A stretch of DNA of 36,477 bases from an uncultured Candidatus Saccharibacteria bacterium (GCA_964543755.1 CAZIZF010000001.1:1-36477); one strand, 5' to 3'. Counted from the stretch's first letter, positions 25,140 to 35,152 are shown. Numbers and translations are program-made. The notes: a model not told the origin generated them from the letters alone.

Positions 25140-25441
25140 ATCTCTTGTTTACAACTTTTACAAATTCTAGACTTATTCCCGTCCTTAACCAGATACCCTA
25201 CCCTTGATACTTTAGAGCATTTAGGACATACAAGCTTAACGTTGGATATATCAATCGGTGCGGGAAACTCCACGACCTGACCCTTCGCCCCCGACTTCTT
25301 AGCCTTCACACTCTTCTTTTTCAGATTAACATTCTCAACGACAACCTTCTTTGATAAAGGAAATGCCTGAAGGATCTTTCCCTTCTTATCTCTATCTTTT
25401 CCGGTAATTACACTTACGATGTCTCCTTTTTTGATTTTCAT
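25136..25441 (-). CDS. rplX: 50S ribosomal protein L24 with a C-terminal zinc-ribbon-like tail
   Basis: KOW motif MKIKKGDIVSVITGKDRDKKGKI. C-terminal CPKC-x17-CKSC. The tracked start at 25480 is a TTG inside rplN, so the ATG at 25441 is preferred. Confidence 0.9.
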   Translation of the reverse strand: MKIKKGDIVSVITGKDRDKKGKILQAFPLSKKVVVENVNLKKKSVKAKKSGAKGQVVEFPAPIDISNVKLVCPKCSKVSRVGYLVKDGNKSRICKSCKQEI

Positions 25442-25472
25442 AATACTTGGGATACTAGCAAAAATTATCCTC

Positions 25473-25844
25473 TTAGACAAGCTCTTTGGCCATGCTCGCT
25501 ATTTTATCAAATCCTTTTTCTCTTAATTCTCTTGGAATAGGTCCAAATATCCTTCCTCCTCTCGGATTTTGGGTCTGACCATCCAAGATCACAGCGGCGT
25601 TCTCATCAAATCTAATATATGAACCATCTGGTCTGCCGTAGGCCTTTTTTTGTCTCACTACAACGGCCCTGACAACCTCATGTTTCTTAACCCCTTTTCT
25701 CGGTTCAGCCTCTTTGACCGCGGCGACAATGATATCCCCTATCCGAGCATATCTTCTCTTGCTACCACCTAAAATCTTAAAACATTGAACTATCTTTGCT
25801 CCAGAATTATCAGCGACATTAAGTATTGTTTGAGGTTGAATCAT
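25473..25844 (-). CDS. rplN: 50S ribosomal protein L14
   Basis: 123 aa. [17 protein letters not shown] start. Confidence 0.95.
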   Translation of the reverse strand: MIQPQTILNVADNSGAKIVQCFKILGGSKRRYARIGDIIVAAVKEAEPRKGVKKHEVVRAVVVRQKKAYGRPDGSYIRFDENAAVILDGQTQNPRGGRIFGPIPRELREKGFDKIASMAKELV

Positions 25845-26080
25845 AATTCTATTTTAGTTATCAATCTCCATCTCTTTTCCTTGCTTAGAGGTCTCGTTTC
25901 CTCTATTACTACCCTATCTCCTTCCTTGGCCTCGTTCTTCTCGTCATGAGCTTTATACCTGGTAGATGACTTATACCTCTTTTTATACTTAGGATGTTCC
26001 TTTAAGACATTAACACCAACTACTATAGTCTTATCCATCTTGCTGGAAAGTACAATACCTTTTAGTGTGCGTCTAGGCAT
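25841..26080 (-). CDS. rpsQ: 30S ribosomal protein S17
   Basis: 79 aa. KTIVV.V......HPKYKK......YKAHDE..EAKEGD.V.I.E.RP.SK.K.W. Confidence 0.93.
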   Translation of the reverse strand: MPRRTLKGIVLSSKMDKTIVVGVNVLKEHPKYKKRYKSSTRYKAHDEKNEAKEGDRVVIEETRPLSKEKRWRLITKIEL

Positions 26081-26261
26081 ATTTTTCTCTTAAAATAGTT
26101 AATATTCTAGCAATCTCCTTCCTTGTCTTATTTATCATCTTGACATCCTTCACTTTGTGCGAGGGTGCGCCAAATCTAAACTTTCTCAAATCCTCCCTCT
26201 TAATCAGAAGAAGGTTTTCTAGTTCAGTCTTTGATTTTTTCCTTATCTCAGATATTTTCAT
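26073..26261 (-). CDS. rpmC: 50S ribosomal protein L29
   Basis: 62 aa. Position between rplP and rpsQ. L29-like helical sequence (E.R.KS..EL...L). Confidence 0.9.
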   Translation of the reverse strand: MKISEIRKKSKTELENLLLIKREDLRKFRFGAPSHKVKDVKMINKTRKEIARILTILREKYA

Positions 26262-26668
26262 TTGGTAATAAACTTCGTTTTTATCGGCAATTTATCGGAG
26301 GCCTTCCTGAACGCACTTCTGGCATCCTCCTCCTTTATTCCTTCTATCTCAAAAAGTATCCTGCCTGGACTTATTGGCACGACATAATGGTCAACCGATC
26401 CTTTTCCTCCTCCCATAGGCACCTCGTTCCCTTTACAAGTCACCGGCTTATCAGGGAAGACCCTTATCCAGAGCTTACCTCCCTTTTTTAAGTATCTAAC
26501 AATAGCCCTTCTTGAAGCTTCTATTTGTCGGGAAGTAACCCATCGAGTTCCCATACTCTTTAATCCATAGCTTCCGAAATTTAACTCGTTCCCTCTTCTC
26601 GCAATAGAGACACTCCTTCCTTTGAAGGATTTTCTGTATTTTACTTTTTTGGGCATCATTAATGACAT
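26258..26668 (-). CDS. rplP: 50S ribosomal protein L16
   Basis: 136 aa. MPKKVKYRK and IWIRVFPDKP.T.K......MG.GKG. The start could instead be the internal Met pair 9-12 nt downstream. Confidence 0.94.
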   Translation of the reverse strand: MSLMMPKKVKYRKSFKGRSVSIARRGNELNFGSYGLKSMGTRWVTSRQIEASRRAIVRYLKKGGKLWIRVFPDKPVTCKGNEVPMGGGKGSVDHYVVPISPGRILFEIEGIKEEDARSAFRKASDKLPIKTKFITK

Positions 26669-26674
26669 AGCTCT

Positions 26675-27331
26675 TTATTCAAACTTATCTCCTTTATATA
26701 TCCAAACCTTTATTCCGATCGTTCCATAGGAACAGATTGCAATTCCTTGATGATAATCAATATCAGCCTTTATTGTCTGTCGGGGAAGTCTTCCTCTCTG
26801 AAACCATTCCCTTCTGGCAATCTCCACTCCATTCAACCTTCCAGAGAGTTCTATCCTAGAGCCGAGTACCTCCTTGTTACTCATAATCTTATCTATAACT
26901 TGCTTTATGACTCTTTTGTGACGAACTCTCCTACGAAGCTGCTCAGAAGCCCAATCAACCGACAATGGAGCTGAAGTCCATGGATTTCGAACCTCCTTTA
27001 TTTCAATATTTATCTCTCCAACTGGAAACTTTCTGGAGAACTTCTTCTCTAATATCTTTATCAACTCCTTCTTCATCTTTTCAACACCTTCACCACCCCT
27101 TCCGATGATAAGACCAGGCCTTGAGCTGGCTACAATAATATTGGTCTTCTTGGCAAGACGTTCAATCTCTATCTTCTCCACCCCCATCTTATCAAATTTC
27201 TCAGTTAAAAATTTCCTAATTTCCAAATCCTCTTTCAAAAATCGGGGAAAGTTCTTCTGATAAAAACCTCTAGAACTCCAATCGTCAGTGGTTCTTATTC
27301 TATAACTTTTAGGATGTACTTTATGAGACAT
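26675..27331 (-). CDS. rpsC: 30S ribosomal protein S3
   Basis: 218 aa. MSHKVHP...R start, KH domain and GRLNG.EIAR motif. Confidence 0.94.
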   Translation of the reverse strand: MSHKVHPKSYRIRTTDDWSSRGFYQKNFPRFLKEDLEIRKFLTEKFDKMGVEKIEIERLAKKTNIIVASSRPGLIIGRGGEGVEKMKKELIKILEKKFSRKFPVGEINIEIKEVRNPWTSAPLSVDWASEQLRRRVRHKRVIKQVIDKIMSNKEVLGSRIELSGRLNGVEIARREWFQRGRLPRQTIKADIDYHQGIAICSYGTIGIKVWIYKGDKFE

Positions 27332-27333
27332 GA

Positions 27334-27840
27334 TTATATTGATTTTCTTCTAAACATCTTCTTGGGATTAATCTTCTCAGTCAGCTTCTTGACGGAACCA
27401 TCCTCCTTCTTCCATTTGGTCTTCTTCTCATCCACTATATCTTTAATCTCGCTCACCTTTGATACAGAGATCGCCTCTGACTTCTTTTTTGTCCGCTTAG
27501 CTGTCTCTTTAATTTCACTGAGTGTTAGTGTAATGTGGCTGGTCTTCTTCTCTATCTTTGAAGCCAATCCCCGAGCCCTTGGCATCCATCTCTTCATCTT
27601 AGGCCCTTCATCCACTCTAATTTCTGAAATATAGAGGTTGGATTCTTCTAAATCAAAATTATTTTTAGCGTTAGCCACCGCGGAATTAAGAAGTTTCAAT
27701 AACGGTTCCGTCGCCTTCTTTATGGTAAAGGTCAAGAAACCCTTTGACTTCGCCACCGACTCACCTCTCATCTGATCCGCAACCAAGCGAACCTTTCTGG
27801 GAGCTATTCTTAAATATCTCAATTTTGCCTTAACCTCCAT
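27334..27840 (-). CDS. rplV: 50S ribosomal protein L22 with a ~55-aa Lys-rich C-terminal tail
   Basis: The core runs MEVKAKLRYLRIAPRKVRLVAD ... SHITLTLSE. The upstream ATG at 27885 lies inside rpsS. The ATG at 27840 follows the rpsS stop by 1 nt. Confidence 0.9.
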   Translation of the reverse strand: MEVKAKLRYLRIAPRKVRLVADQMRGESVAKSKGFLTFTIKKATEPLLKLLNSAVANAKNNFDLEESNLYISEIRVDEGPKMKRWMPRARGLASKIEKKTSHITLTLSEIKETAKRTKKKSEAISVSKVSEIKDIVDEKKTKWKKEDGSVKKLTEKINPKKMFRRKSI

Positions 27841-27841
27841 A

Positions 27842-28126
27842 TTATTTCTTAGATTTTTCCATCTCTTTCTGCATCTTTCCTCCATGCCTCACGAACTTAG
27901 TTGTAGGAGAGAACTCACCCAACTTATGACCAACCATATCCTCAGTAATTTGTACCTGAATATGCTCCTTCCCGTTATGGACCCCGAAAACGAATCCGAT
28001 CATATCAGGAGTAATCGTTGCTCTACGCGACCAAGTCTTAATCACAACATCGCCCGGTTTTACTCCCTTGAGCTTCTTCATCAGCTTCTCGTCAATATAG
28101 GGTCCTTTTTTTATACTTCTAGCCAT
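27842..28126 (-). CDS. rpsS: 30S ribosomal protein S19
   Basis: 94 aa. [12 protein letters not shown] start and GHKLGEF.PT motif. Confidence 0.95.
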   Translation of the reverse strand: MARSIKKGPYIDEKLMKKLKGVKPGDVVIKTWSRRATITPDMIGFVFGVHNGKEHIQVQITEDMVGHKLGEFSPTTKFVRHGGKMQKEMEKSKK

Positions 28127-28903
28127 TTATTTTTTCTTTACTCTTCTCTTTATTATCAAATGGTTGGTCGTTTTCCTCTTCCTGGTCTTTACTCCACAAG
28201 CTGGTTTACCCCAAGGAGTTTTCGGTCCAGGCATCCCAATCGGAGCCCTTCCCTCACCCCCTCCATGAGGATGATCCACTGGATTCATGGCAGATCCCCT
28301 TACAACCGGTCTCCATCCCATCCTCCTCTTCGCTCCGGCATTCTTTATCTTCTTATATCTGTGCTCGGGATTGGAAACGAGGCCTACGGAGGCAAAAGAT
28401 TCATTATGAATCTTCCTTATCTCCTTAGAAGGCATTTCAACAGTGGTATACTTATCTTCATGAGCCATAACTTTAGCACCATTACCAGCCGATCTTACCA
28501 ATTGACCTCCTTTGCCAGGTTCAAACTCTAAGTTATGAACCATAGTTCCAATTGGGATGTTTTTAATCTTCATTCTGTTACCGGGTTTCAATTCGGCCTT
28601 GTCAGATACAACTAACTCATCACCTTCGCTCACCTTCTGCGGAGCGAGGATATATGATTGTTCCCCATCTTTGTATTCTATAAGAATAATATTGGCAGTC
28701 CTATAGGGATCATATTCAAATCTAATAACTTTTGCAGGATCATCAATTCTCCTCTGTTTGAAATCAACAAGACGATAAAGTTTTTTAACTCCTGCCCCGC
28801 GATGACGGATAGTGATCCTTCCTGTATTACATCTTCCTGCCCTCTGTTTGAGTTTAATCACAAGCTTCTTTGGAGGTCTCTCTTTTGTAAGTATTTGTTT
28901 CAT
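28127..28903 (-). CDS. rplB: 50S ribosomal protein L2
   Basis: GRITIRHRG, MNPVDHPHGGGEG and K.PWGKP motifs. The tracked TTG start at 28942 is the first half of a -35 hexamer, so the ATG at 28903 is preferred. The longer form cannot be excluded. Confidence 0.9.
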   Translation of the reverse strand: MKQILTKERPPKKLVIKLKQRAGRCNTGRITIRHRGAGVKKLYRLVDFKQRRIDDPAKVIRFEYDPYRTANIILIEYKDGEQSYILAPQKVSEGDELVVSDKAELKPGNRMKIKNIPIGTMVHNLEFEPGKGGQLVRSAGNGAKVMAHEDKYTTVEMPSKEIRKIHNESFASVGLVSNPEHRYKKIKNAGAKRRMGWRPVVRGSAMNPVDHPHGGGEGRAPIGMPGPKTPWGKPACGVKTRKRKTTNHLIIKRRVKKK

Positions 28904-28913
28904 TCTGCTTTTT

Positions 28914-28942
28914 ATTCTAACATAAAAAAACGCCTTAGTCAA
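28914..28942 (-). promoter_or_regulatory. Candidate internal promoter before rplB (TTGACT-N17-TAGAAT)
   Basis: On the minus strand, the -35 is at 28937-28942 and the -10 at 28914-28919, with an exact 17-nt spacer. The hexamers are identical to those of the tuf promoter. The -10 is 10 nt from the ATG at 28903. Confidence 0.45.
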
Positions 28943-28944
28943 GG

Positions 28945-29268
28945 TTACTTCAGATCTATCCTCTGACCCTCCTTCACTTCTATTATTGCTTTCTTAAATC
29001 CCTTCTTCCATCCTTTGTGTTTACCTAATCGCTTCCTCTTTTTAGGGATGTTTATAATATTAACTGAAATAACATCCACTCCATATAGTTCGTTTATCGC
29101 CTTCTTGATCTGAATCTTATTTGAATTATCAGTAACTTCAAAAATATATTTGTTTTCCTTAACCAAGTCCGTCGCCTTCTCGCTCACATAAGGCTTTACA
29201 AGAACCTTCCATGCAAGATGTTCAATAATCTTTTTTTCGGTCCCCTTTTTTTTACTAAAAATAGCCAT
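28945..29268 (-). CDS. rplW: 50S ribosomal protein L23
   Basis: 107 aa. Position between rplD and rplB. L23-like core (KYIFEV....NK..IK.A.E.LYGV.V..VN). Confidence 0.9.
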   Translation of the reverse strand: MAIFSKKKGTEKKIIEHLAWKVLVKPYVSEKATDLVKENKYIFEVTDNSNKIQIKKAINELYGVDVISVNIINIPKKRKRLGKHKGWKKGFKKAIIEVKEGQRIDLK

Positions 29269-29269
29269 C

Positions 29270-29902
29270 TTAAGTTCTTAAAAAAGTTTCTTTTATCTTT
29301 GTAATACTTTCCGGAGTCATTATCAGACGTTTAGATGAAAGCACATCCAAGGCTGTAAGATTTTTGGCCTGCATCGTCTCCGTCTTTGGGATATTTCTTG
29401 CGCCAAGTATGATGTTCTTATCTATGCTAGGCAAGACCAGTAATCCGGTCTTGTCCGGATATGGAAGATTATTGAGAATTGATTTAACTGTCTTTGTTTT
29501 GTGATCCTTCACCTCAAGATCATTAATAATAATAAGTTCGCCATCCTTTACTTTTGAAGAGAGAGCCATAAAAAGCGCCTTCCTCCTCATTGCTACAGGG
29601 ATTGTCTTTTTGTAGTTCTTATCTGACTTGGGTCCAAAAGTAACTCCTCCACCTTTCCATAGTGGCGAACGAATAGATCCATGCCTAGCTCTGCCTGTCC
29701 CTTTCTGTCTCCATGGTTTCCTTCCTCCTCCACGAACATCCGATCTATCTTTTGTATGCGCGCTCCCCTGTCTCCTGTTGGACATCTGAGAAACGACCAC
29801 CTGATGCAATAGATCAGCATTCAACTCCAACCCAAAAATCTCCTCGCAAAGCTCCGTCTTATCTATCTCCTCTCCTTTTTGGTTATAAACAGCTATCTTC
29901 AT
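29270..29902 (-). CDS. rplD: 50S ribosomal protein L4
   Basis: GGGRKPWRQKGTGRAR.GS.RSP.W.GGG motif. The tracked TTG start at 29923 lies inside rplC, so the ATG at 29902 (MKIAVYNQKGEE) is preferred. Confidence 0.92.
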   Translation of the reverse strand: MKIAVYNQKGEEIDKTELCEEIFGLELNADLLHQVVVSQMSNRRQGSAHTKDRSDVRGGGRKPWRQKGTGRARHGSIRSPLWKGGGVTFGPKSDKNYKKTIPVAMRRKALFMALSSKVKDGELIIINDLEVKDHKTKTVKSILNNLPYPDKTGLLVLPSIDKNIILGARNIPKTETMQAKNLTALDVLSSKRLIMTPESITKIKETFLRT

Positions 29903-29906
29903 AATT

Positions 29907-30482
29907 TTATCCGCTAATTTCAAGAAGAGTCCCTCGCCTTCCAGGAACAGCTCCCTTCACCGCTATAATATTTTTCCCAACATCTATCTCAACAATCTTA
30001 AGTCCTTTAATCGTAACCCTATTAGCCCCCATTCTCCCCGGCATCTTCTTTCCTTTTATAACCCTCTGAGGATAAGCGCTACCGGTTGAACCGATCTTCC
30101 TTTTGTTGTGCTTAATTCCATGCGAGCCCAATGCCCCAGCAAATCCCCAACGCTTAATTCCTCCCTGGAATCCTTTTCCTTTAGATATCCCCGAAACCTT
30201 TACCTCATCGCCTTTCTTAAAAATTGATACATCAACAGTGTCGCTTTCGGGATATTCAGTCACATGAAATTCCTTGATATATCTGAAATTGGCATTCTTG
30301 GCAGACTTTTTACTCTTCACTTGCTCAAGACCAAGTTGTACTGATTGATATCCGTCCGTCTCCTCAGTCTTCTTTTGAAGCACTTTGCAAGGGCCAGCCT
30401 CTATCAAAGTTACTGGAAACAACTCTCCTTTCTCAGAAAATATTTGAGACATTCCTATTTTTTTTCCTAAAATAAATTTCAT
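29907..30482 (-). CDS. rplC: 50S ribosomal protein L3
   Basis: 191 aa. ILGKKIGMSQIF start and KGKGFQGGIKRWGF motif. Confidence 0.94.
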   Translation of the reverse strand: MKFILGKKIGMSQIFSEKGELFPVTLIEAGPCKVLQKKTEETDGYQSVQLGLEQVKSKKSAKNANFRYIKEFHVTEYPESDTVDVSIFKKGDEVKVSGISKGKGFQGGIKRWGFAGALGSHGIKHNKRKIGSTGSAYPQRVIKGKKMPGRMGANRVTIKGLKIVEIDVGKNIIAVKGAVPGRRGTLLEISG

Positions 30483-30494
30483 AAAATTATAACT

Positions 30495-30515
30495 AAAAGC
30501 CGGGAGATACCCGAC
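30495..30515 (-). terminator. Terminator/attenuator-like hairpin plus U-tract between rpsJ and rplC
   Basis: The minus-strand RNA reads GUCGGG-UAUCU-CCCGGC followed by UUUUAGUU. The stem is 6 bp including one G.U pair. This is the only GC-rich patch in a 60-nt intergenic gap. Confidence 0.3.
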
Positions 30516-30542
30516 CTCGCCATTCTCTGGCTACAAAACAAA

Positions 30543-30881
30543 CTACATTTTAATCTCAATATCAACTCCCGCGGGAAGTGTTAAATTCATTAAGGCGTCA
30601 ATCACCTTAGGATTCGGGTTTATGATATCTATCAGTCGCTTGTGGGTTCTAATCTCAAATTGTTCTCTTGCATCCTTGTGGACAAAAGATGATCTATTAA
30701 CCGTATACTTCCTTATATCAGTAGGTAAAGGAATCGGTCCTGCGACATCACTACCATAACGCAATACGGTTTCAACTATCTGTCTCGCGCTATTGTCAAT
30801 AACCTTATGATCATATGCCTTAAGCCGAATATGAATCCGTGTCTTCGTATCCTCCTTGACTCTCTTTTCTTTAACAGGCAT
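30543..30881 (-). CDS. rpsJ: 30S ribosomal protein S10
   Basis: 112 aa. [11 protein letters not shown] and GPIPLPT motifs. Confidence 0.95.
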   Translation of the reverse strand: MPVKEKRVKEDTKTRIHIRLKAYDHKVIDNSARQIVETVLRYGSDVAGPIPLPTDIRKYTVNRSSFVHKDAREQFEIRTHKRLIDIINPNPKVIDALMNLTLPAGVDIEIKM

Positions 30882-30895
30882 CTTTTTTAGTGGAA

Positions 30896-32095
30896 CTAAT
30901 TAATTATCTTGGTTACCACCCCAGCTCCAACGGTTTTTCCGCCCTCTCGGACAGCGAATCGCTGCTGATTCTTCATCGCGATTGGAGCTATGAGTTTAAC
31001 CTTCACATTTGCAGTATCTCCAGGCATCACCATCTCTCTTCCGTCTTCCAAACTGACCTCAGCGGTAACATCAGTGGTTCTGAAAAAGAACTGAGGCTTA
31101 TATCCCGTAAAAAAAGGTGTATGTCTTCCTCCTTCCTCTTTAGTTAAAGCATAGATCTCGGCCTCAAATTCAGTATGAGGAGTTATTGATCCTGGCTTAG
31201 CGACAACCTGACCCCTCTCTACATCCTCTTTTTTTAGACCTCTAAGAAGAAGTCCCACATTATCTCCAGCTTGTCCCTGATCAAGAATCTTATTAAACAT
31301 CTCCACACTTACGACGGTCGTCTTGGTGGTTGGTTTAAGACCAACTATTTCTACCTCCTCGTTCGCATTGATAATCCCTGTTTCAATCCTTCCTGTTGCG
31401 ACAGTTCCCCTTCCAGCGATTGAGAAGACATCCTCAACAGCCATAAGAAAAGGTTTCTCTGTCTCCCTTACTGGTTCAGGAATATATTCATCTAAGGCCT
31501 TAATAAGTTCCATAATCGGCTTGCCAGCTTCATCGTCCTTTGAAGTTGCTTCAAAAGCTTTAAGAGCCGAACCCCTAATTACAGGAATCTCATCTCCGGG
31601 ATATTCATACTTCTTCAAAAGCTCCCTAATCTCATCTTCCACCAGGTCAACCATCTCAGGATCATCAACCATATCAACTTTGTTAATAAAAACGACAAGA
31701 GAAGGAAGTCCAACCTGACGAGCCAAGAGGATATGTTCTCTGGTTTGAGGCATCGGTCCATCTACTGCAGAAACAACAAGAATACCTGCATCCATCTGAG
31801 CAGCTCCCGTAATCATATTCTTAATGTAGTCTGCGTGTCCGGGACAATCAATATGAGCATAGTGTCTCTTTTCACTCTCATATTCAAGATGCGAGATTGA
31901 AATTGTTAGTCCTCTGGCCTTCTCCTCTGGAGCAGCATCAACCTGATCAACACTCTTCTCAGAACTTTTAAAACCGTAAAGACTAAGGGTCTTAAGAATT
32001 GCTACCGTAAGAGTCGTCTTCCCATGGTCAACATGACCAATAGTACCGACATTAACATGTGTCTTTTCTCTTTTGAATTCTGCTTTTTCTGGCAT
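30896..32095 (-). CDS. tuf: Elongation factor Tu
   Basis: 399 aa. [17 protein letters not shown] and NKVD motifs. Confidence 0.97.
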   Translation of the reverse strand: MPEKAEFKREKTHVNVGTIGHVDHGKTTLTVAILKTLSLYGFKSSEKSVDQVDAAPEEKARGLTISISHLEYESEKRHYAHIDCPGHADYIKNMITGAAQMDAGILVVSAVDGPMPQTREHILLARQVGLPSLVVFINKVDMVDDPEMVDLVEDEIRELLKKYEYPGDEIPVIRGSALKAFEATSKDDEAGKPIMELIKALDEYIPEPVRETEKPFLMAVEDVFSIAGRGTVATGRIETGIINANEEVEIVGLKPTTKTTVVSVEMFNKILDQGQAGDNVGLLLRGLKKEDVERGQVVAKPGSITPHTEFEAEIYALTKEEGGRHTPFFTGYKPQFFFRTTDVTAEVSLEDGREMVMPGDTANVKVKLIAPIAMKNQQRFAVREGGKTVGAGVVTKIIN

Positions 32096-32134
32096 ATTTT
32101 TAATAATTAATTATTATTTTATAACTCTCTTACC

Positions 32135-32163
32135 ATTCTATTCATTTTTCAGAAAAAAGTCAA
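32135..32163 (-). promoter_or_regulatory. Candidate tuf promoter (TTGACT-N17-TAGAAT)
   Basis: On the minus strand, the -35 is at 32158-32163 (directly after the fusA stop) and the -10 at 32135-32140, with an exact 17-nt spacer. There are 39 nt from the -10 to the ATG. Confidence 0.55.
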
Positions 32164-34257
32164 TCATTTCTTTTTCCCTTCTATTATCTCTTGAGTCATA
32201 TTGCTGGGAATCTCACTGTAATGGTCAAATTCCATAATGGAATTACCTCTTCCCTCAGTCAAAGATCTCAGTGAAGTAACATACCCAAACATCTCCGACA
32301 ACGGAACCTTCGCGTTAATGACCTTTACTCCCATTCTATCCTCGGTCTCTTCAATCCTACCCCTTCGCGAAGAAAGATCTCCTATCGTATCCCCAAAGAA
32401 ATCAGCGGGAACAGTAACTTCCACTTTCATAACCGGTTCCAAAAGAACTGGCTTTGCCTTCTTGCAGGCCTCTTGAAATGCTATCGCTCCGGCAATCTTA
32501 AAAGCAATCTCCGATGAATCAACGTCGTGGAAAGAGCCATCATAGAGTGTGACTTTAAGATCGGACATCGGATATCCTGCTACCACTCCCTTAGTACAAC
32601 TCTCTTTAACTCCCTTCTCTACGGCTGGAATAAACTCCTTAGGAATAATTCCTCCTTTTATCTCATCAACAAATTCAAATCCCTCTCCCTCTTTCTTCGG
32701 TTCAACCCTAAGCCATACATGGCCGTACTGTCCTTTTCCACCACTCTGCTTAACATACTTACCTTCCGCCTCAGCTATGGCCCTGATCGTTTCACGATAT
32801 GCCACTTGCGGTTTTCCAACTTGCGCTTCTACCTTAAACTCTCTCTTTATTCTATCAACTAATATCTCTAAATGCAACTCCCCCATCCCAGTAATCACGG
32901 TCTCCCCGGTCTCCTGATCTGACTTAACTCTGAATGTCGGATCCTCATCGGAGAGTTTCTTTAAGGCGAGACCCATCTTTTCCTGGTCAGTTTTTGTCTT
33001 AGGTTCAATCCTGACTGATATGACTGGATCTGGGAAACTTATCTCTTCTAAAATAATCGGGTTATTCTCATCGCAAAGCGTATGACCAGTAGAGGTATTC
33101 TTGAGTCCGATAGTCGCCGCAATGTCACCGGAATAAACCTCTTTGACTTCTTCCCTCTCAGACGCATGCATTCTTATAATCCTACTAATCCTTTCCTTTT
33201 CGCCAGTTGTTGAATTTAACAGATAAGAACCGGTTGAAAGTGTTCCAGAGTAAACTCTGAAATAGGTAAGGGTACCAACAAACGGATCTGTTGCTACCTT
33301 AAATGCTAAAGCGGCAAAAGGTTGTGAATCCTCTGGCTTCCTGGATAAAATGTTGCCATTCTTAGGGTCAATTCCTTCAATAGAAGGAACATCAAGTGGC
33401 GAAGGAAGAAATTCACATATAGCGTCAAGCATAGGTTGCACTCCTTTGTTTTTGAGCGCGCTGCCACAGAAAACCGGCACTATCTTACATTCAATCGTCG
33501 CCTTCCTTATCACGGTTATGAGCTCGTCCCTTGTTATTTCTTGTTTCTCCAAATACTTTTCAAAAAGCTTGTCATCCTCAGTAACAATCTTCTCAAGCAT
33601 CTTCTCCCTCCATTCAATTGCCTTGTCAGTCATATCAGCCGGAATCTCTTCAATTAAAACCTTTTCTCCAAAGTCTCCCTTGAAACTAACAAACTTCATT
33701 GTAAGTAAGTCTATTATACCATTGAAGTCGCTCTCAGTTCCGACAGGAATCTGAAGAGCAACAGCATTGGGCGTTAACTTATTCCATATAGTATTAATAG
33801 CATAATCAAAATCTGCCCCTATCCGATCAAGTTTGTTTATAAAGCAAATTCTAGGGGTCATAAACTTATCGGCTTGACGCCATACGGTCTCGGTCTGGGG
33901 TTGTACTCCTGCGACTCCATCAAAGACAACAACGGCCCCATCAAGAACTCTAAGCGATCTCTGAACCTCAGCCGTAAAGTCAATATGCCCAGGCGTGTCT
34001 ATTATATTTATCCGATACTTATCTTCTTTATCGCTCAAAGTCCAAAAACATGTAGTCGCAGCCGAGGTAATAGTAATACCCCTTTCTCTCTCTTGTTCCA
34101 TCCAATCCATAACCGCTTCCCCTTTATGAACTTCACCGATCTTGTGAGAAATTCCAGTATAGAAAAGGATTCGCTCAGAGAAGGTCGTCTTTCCGGCATC
34201 AATGTGAGCTATGATACCGATGTTCCTGTATTTTTCAATATTATATTCTCTTGACAT
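32164..34257 (-). CDS. fusA: Elongation factor G
   Basis: 697 aa. [17 protein letters not shown] and NKLD motifs. Canonical rpsL-rpsG-fusA-tuf order. Confidence 0.97.
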   Translation of the reverse strand: MSREYNIEKYRNIGIIAHIDAGKTTFSERILFYTGISHKIGEVHKGEAVMDWMEQERERGITITSAATTCFWTLSDKEDKYRINIIDTPGHIDFTAEVQRSLRVLDGAVVVFDGVAGVQPQTETVWRQADKFMTPRICFINKLDRIGADFDYAINTIWNKLTPNAVALQIPVGTESDFNGIIDLLTMKFVSFKGDFGEKVLIEEIPADMTDKAIEWREKMLEKIVTEDDKLFEKYLEKQEITRDELITVIRKATIECKIVPVFCGSALKNKGVQPMLDAICEFLPSPLDVPSIEGIDPKNGNILSRKPEDSQPFAALAFKVATDPFVGTLTYFRVYSGTLSTGSYLLNSTTGEKERISRIIRMHASEREEVKEVYSGDIAATIGLKNTSTGHTLCDENNPIILEEISFPDPVISVRIEPKTKTDQEKMGLALKKLSDEDPTFRVKSDQETGETVITGMGELHLEILVDRIKREFKVEAQVGKPQVAYRETIRAIAEAEGKYVKQSGGKGQYGHVWLRVEPKKEGEGFEFVDEIKGGIIPKEFIPAVEKGVKESCTKGVVAGYPMSDLKVTLYDGSFHDVDSSEIAFKIAGAIAFQEACKKAKPVLLEPVMKVEVTVPADFFGDTIGDLSSRRGRIEETEDRMGVKVINAKVPLSEMFGYVTSLRSLTEGRGNSIMEFDHYSEIPSNMTQEIIEGKKK

Positions 34258-34266
34258 AGGAATAAA

Positions 34267-34734
34267 TTACCAAGCAAAATGAGCAAATGCCTTATTAGAA
34301 TCGGCCATCCTGTGAACTTCTTCTTTTTTCTTGACCGCCATTCCAGTGTTTGAGGCGGCATTGAGAAGCTCCTCTGCAAGTTTCTCTCTCATAGGTCGAC
34401 CTTTCTTTGATTTTGCCGAATTGATTATCCATCTGCTGGCTAAGCTAAAGCGCCTACTTTTGCCAACAGGAATTGGAATCTGATAAGTCGCTCCCCCAAT
34501 TCTCCTAGATCTTACCTCCATTGATGGGGAGACATTTTCTATCGCCGCCTCAAATGTTTCAAGAGGGTCTTTCTTTTTTTCTACAATAATCTCCATAGCG
34601 TCATAGACGATTCTTCGAGCCACCGACTTTTTGCCTCTCCTCATAACATAGTTAATGAATTTGGAAAGAGCGACGCTATTATAATTAACATCTGGATCTA
34701 TCTTTCTTTTTGTAATTTTTGTTCTTCTTCCCAT
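34267..34734 (-). CDS. rpsG: 30S ribosomal protein S7
   Basis: 155 aa. Contains the typical EVRSRR.GGATYQ.P motif and ends in FAHFAW. Confidence 0.95.
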   Translation of the reverse strand: MGRRTKITKRKIDPDVNYNSVALSKFINYVMRRGKKSVARRIVYDAMEIIVEKKKDPLETFEAAIENVSPSMEVRSRRIGGATYQIPIPVGKSRRFSLASRWIINSAKSKKGRPMREKLAEELLNAASNTGMAVKKKEEVHRMADSNKAFAHFAW

Positions 34735-34738
34735 CTTT

Positions 34739-35146
34739 TTATTTCTTCTTCGTTCCGTATTTACTTCTAGATCTCTTCCTTCCTTCTACCCCTCCAGCGT
34801 CAAGAACTCCCCTTACAACATGATATCTCACTCCGGCCAAATCTTTGACCCTGCCTCCGCGTATAATTGCAACTGAATGTTCTTGGAGATTATGACCTAT
34901 CCCTGGGATATATGCAGTAACTTCCATACCGTTACTCAATCGCATCCTAGCAACCTTTCTGAGAGCCGAGTTCGGCTTCTTCGGAGTAACAGTAAAAACC
35001 TTAATACAAACCCCTCTCTTAAATGGCGAAGGATACTCTTCACTTCTGTTTTTTTTGGTATTAAATCCAAAAGAAAGAGCAGGTGTATTACTGCGCTTCT
35101 GAATCTTCTTTCTCCCTTTTCTTATTAATTGATTTATAGTAGGCAT
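34739..35146 (-). CDS. rpsL: 30S ribosomal protein S12
   Basis: 135 aa. [12 protein letters not shown] start, [11 protein letters not shown] and GGRVKDL.GVRYH motifs. Confidence 0.96.
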   Translation of the reverse strand: MPTINQLIRKGRKKIQKRSNTPALSFGFNTKKNRSEEYPSPFKRGVCIKVFTVTPKKPNSALRKVARMRLSNGMEVTAYIPGIGHNLQEHSVAIIRGGRVKDLAGVRYHVVRGVLDAGGVEGRKRSRSKYGTKKK

Positions 35147-35152
35147 TGAACT

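Noticed and set aside
27884-28531. A 215-aa plus-strand ORF, and many similar 60-160-aa plus-strand ORFs (e.g. 11184-11657, 31323-31718, 33350-33754, 8089-8379, 1523-1789, 24805-25170).
   Set aside because: Every one lies antisense to a strongly conserved minus-strand gene (rplB/rpsS, rpoA, tuf, fusA, murA, gatA, rplE). Their translations are low-complexity and rich in Ser/Leu/Ile/Pro. These are typical shadow ORFs.
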